From assembly GCA_037443365.1 (NCBI GenBank), contig JBBIOM010000005.1, positions 73,545-100,810 on the forward strand: a DNA stretch of 27,266 nt. The letters run 5' to 3'. Source of the DNA: Armatimonadota bacterium (lineage in GTDB: Bacteria; Sysuimicrobiota; Sysuimicrobiia; Sysuimicrobiales; Humicultoraceae). How positions within the stretch are numbered: position 1 is the stretch's first letter; the number at the start of each line of letters is the position of its first letter. Positions 27,261 to 27,266 of the stretch are shown here, in pieces. The position numbers were made by a program, and so were the translations under genes. The notes under the pieces were generated by a model that was not told the origin of the DNA, made no database searches, and saw only the letters and a list, made by a program, of their open reading frames with translations.

Positions 27261-27266
27261 ACGGCA

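Overview
High-GC bacterial chromosomal window, almost entirely coding, with no rRNA, tRNA, CRISPR or mobile element that I can support. Left half (1-13.4 kb): the 3' end of thiL plus thiD; a divergent DoxX and nitroreductase pair; an AlkZ-like winged-helix gene; and a tightly coupled + strand cluster of two M16 peptidase subunits, npdG, cofE, an uncharacterised 438-aa protein and a DRG-like TGS GTPase. These are followed by exoD, a 2-Cys GAF (fRMsr-like) gene and a tandem-domain thyX preceded by two NrdR-like boxes 31 bp apart. Right half (12.8-27.3 kb): a CoA-type Nudix hydrolase coupled to a complete canonical 14-gene nuoA-N complex I operon. The best candidate for an undescribed system is the 438-aa protein at 7615-8931. 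It reads as an archaeal-type adenylate-kinase domain fused to a nucleoside-deoxyribosyltransferase/(d)NMP N-glycosidase domain, placed between F420 genes and an archaeal-like GTPase. All calls come from motif recognition by eye; no searches were run.
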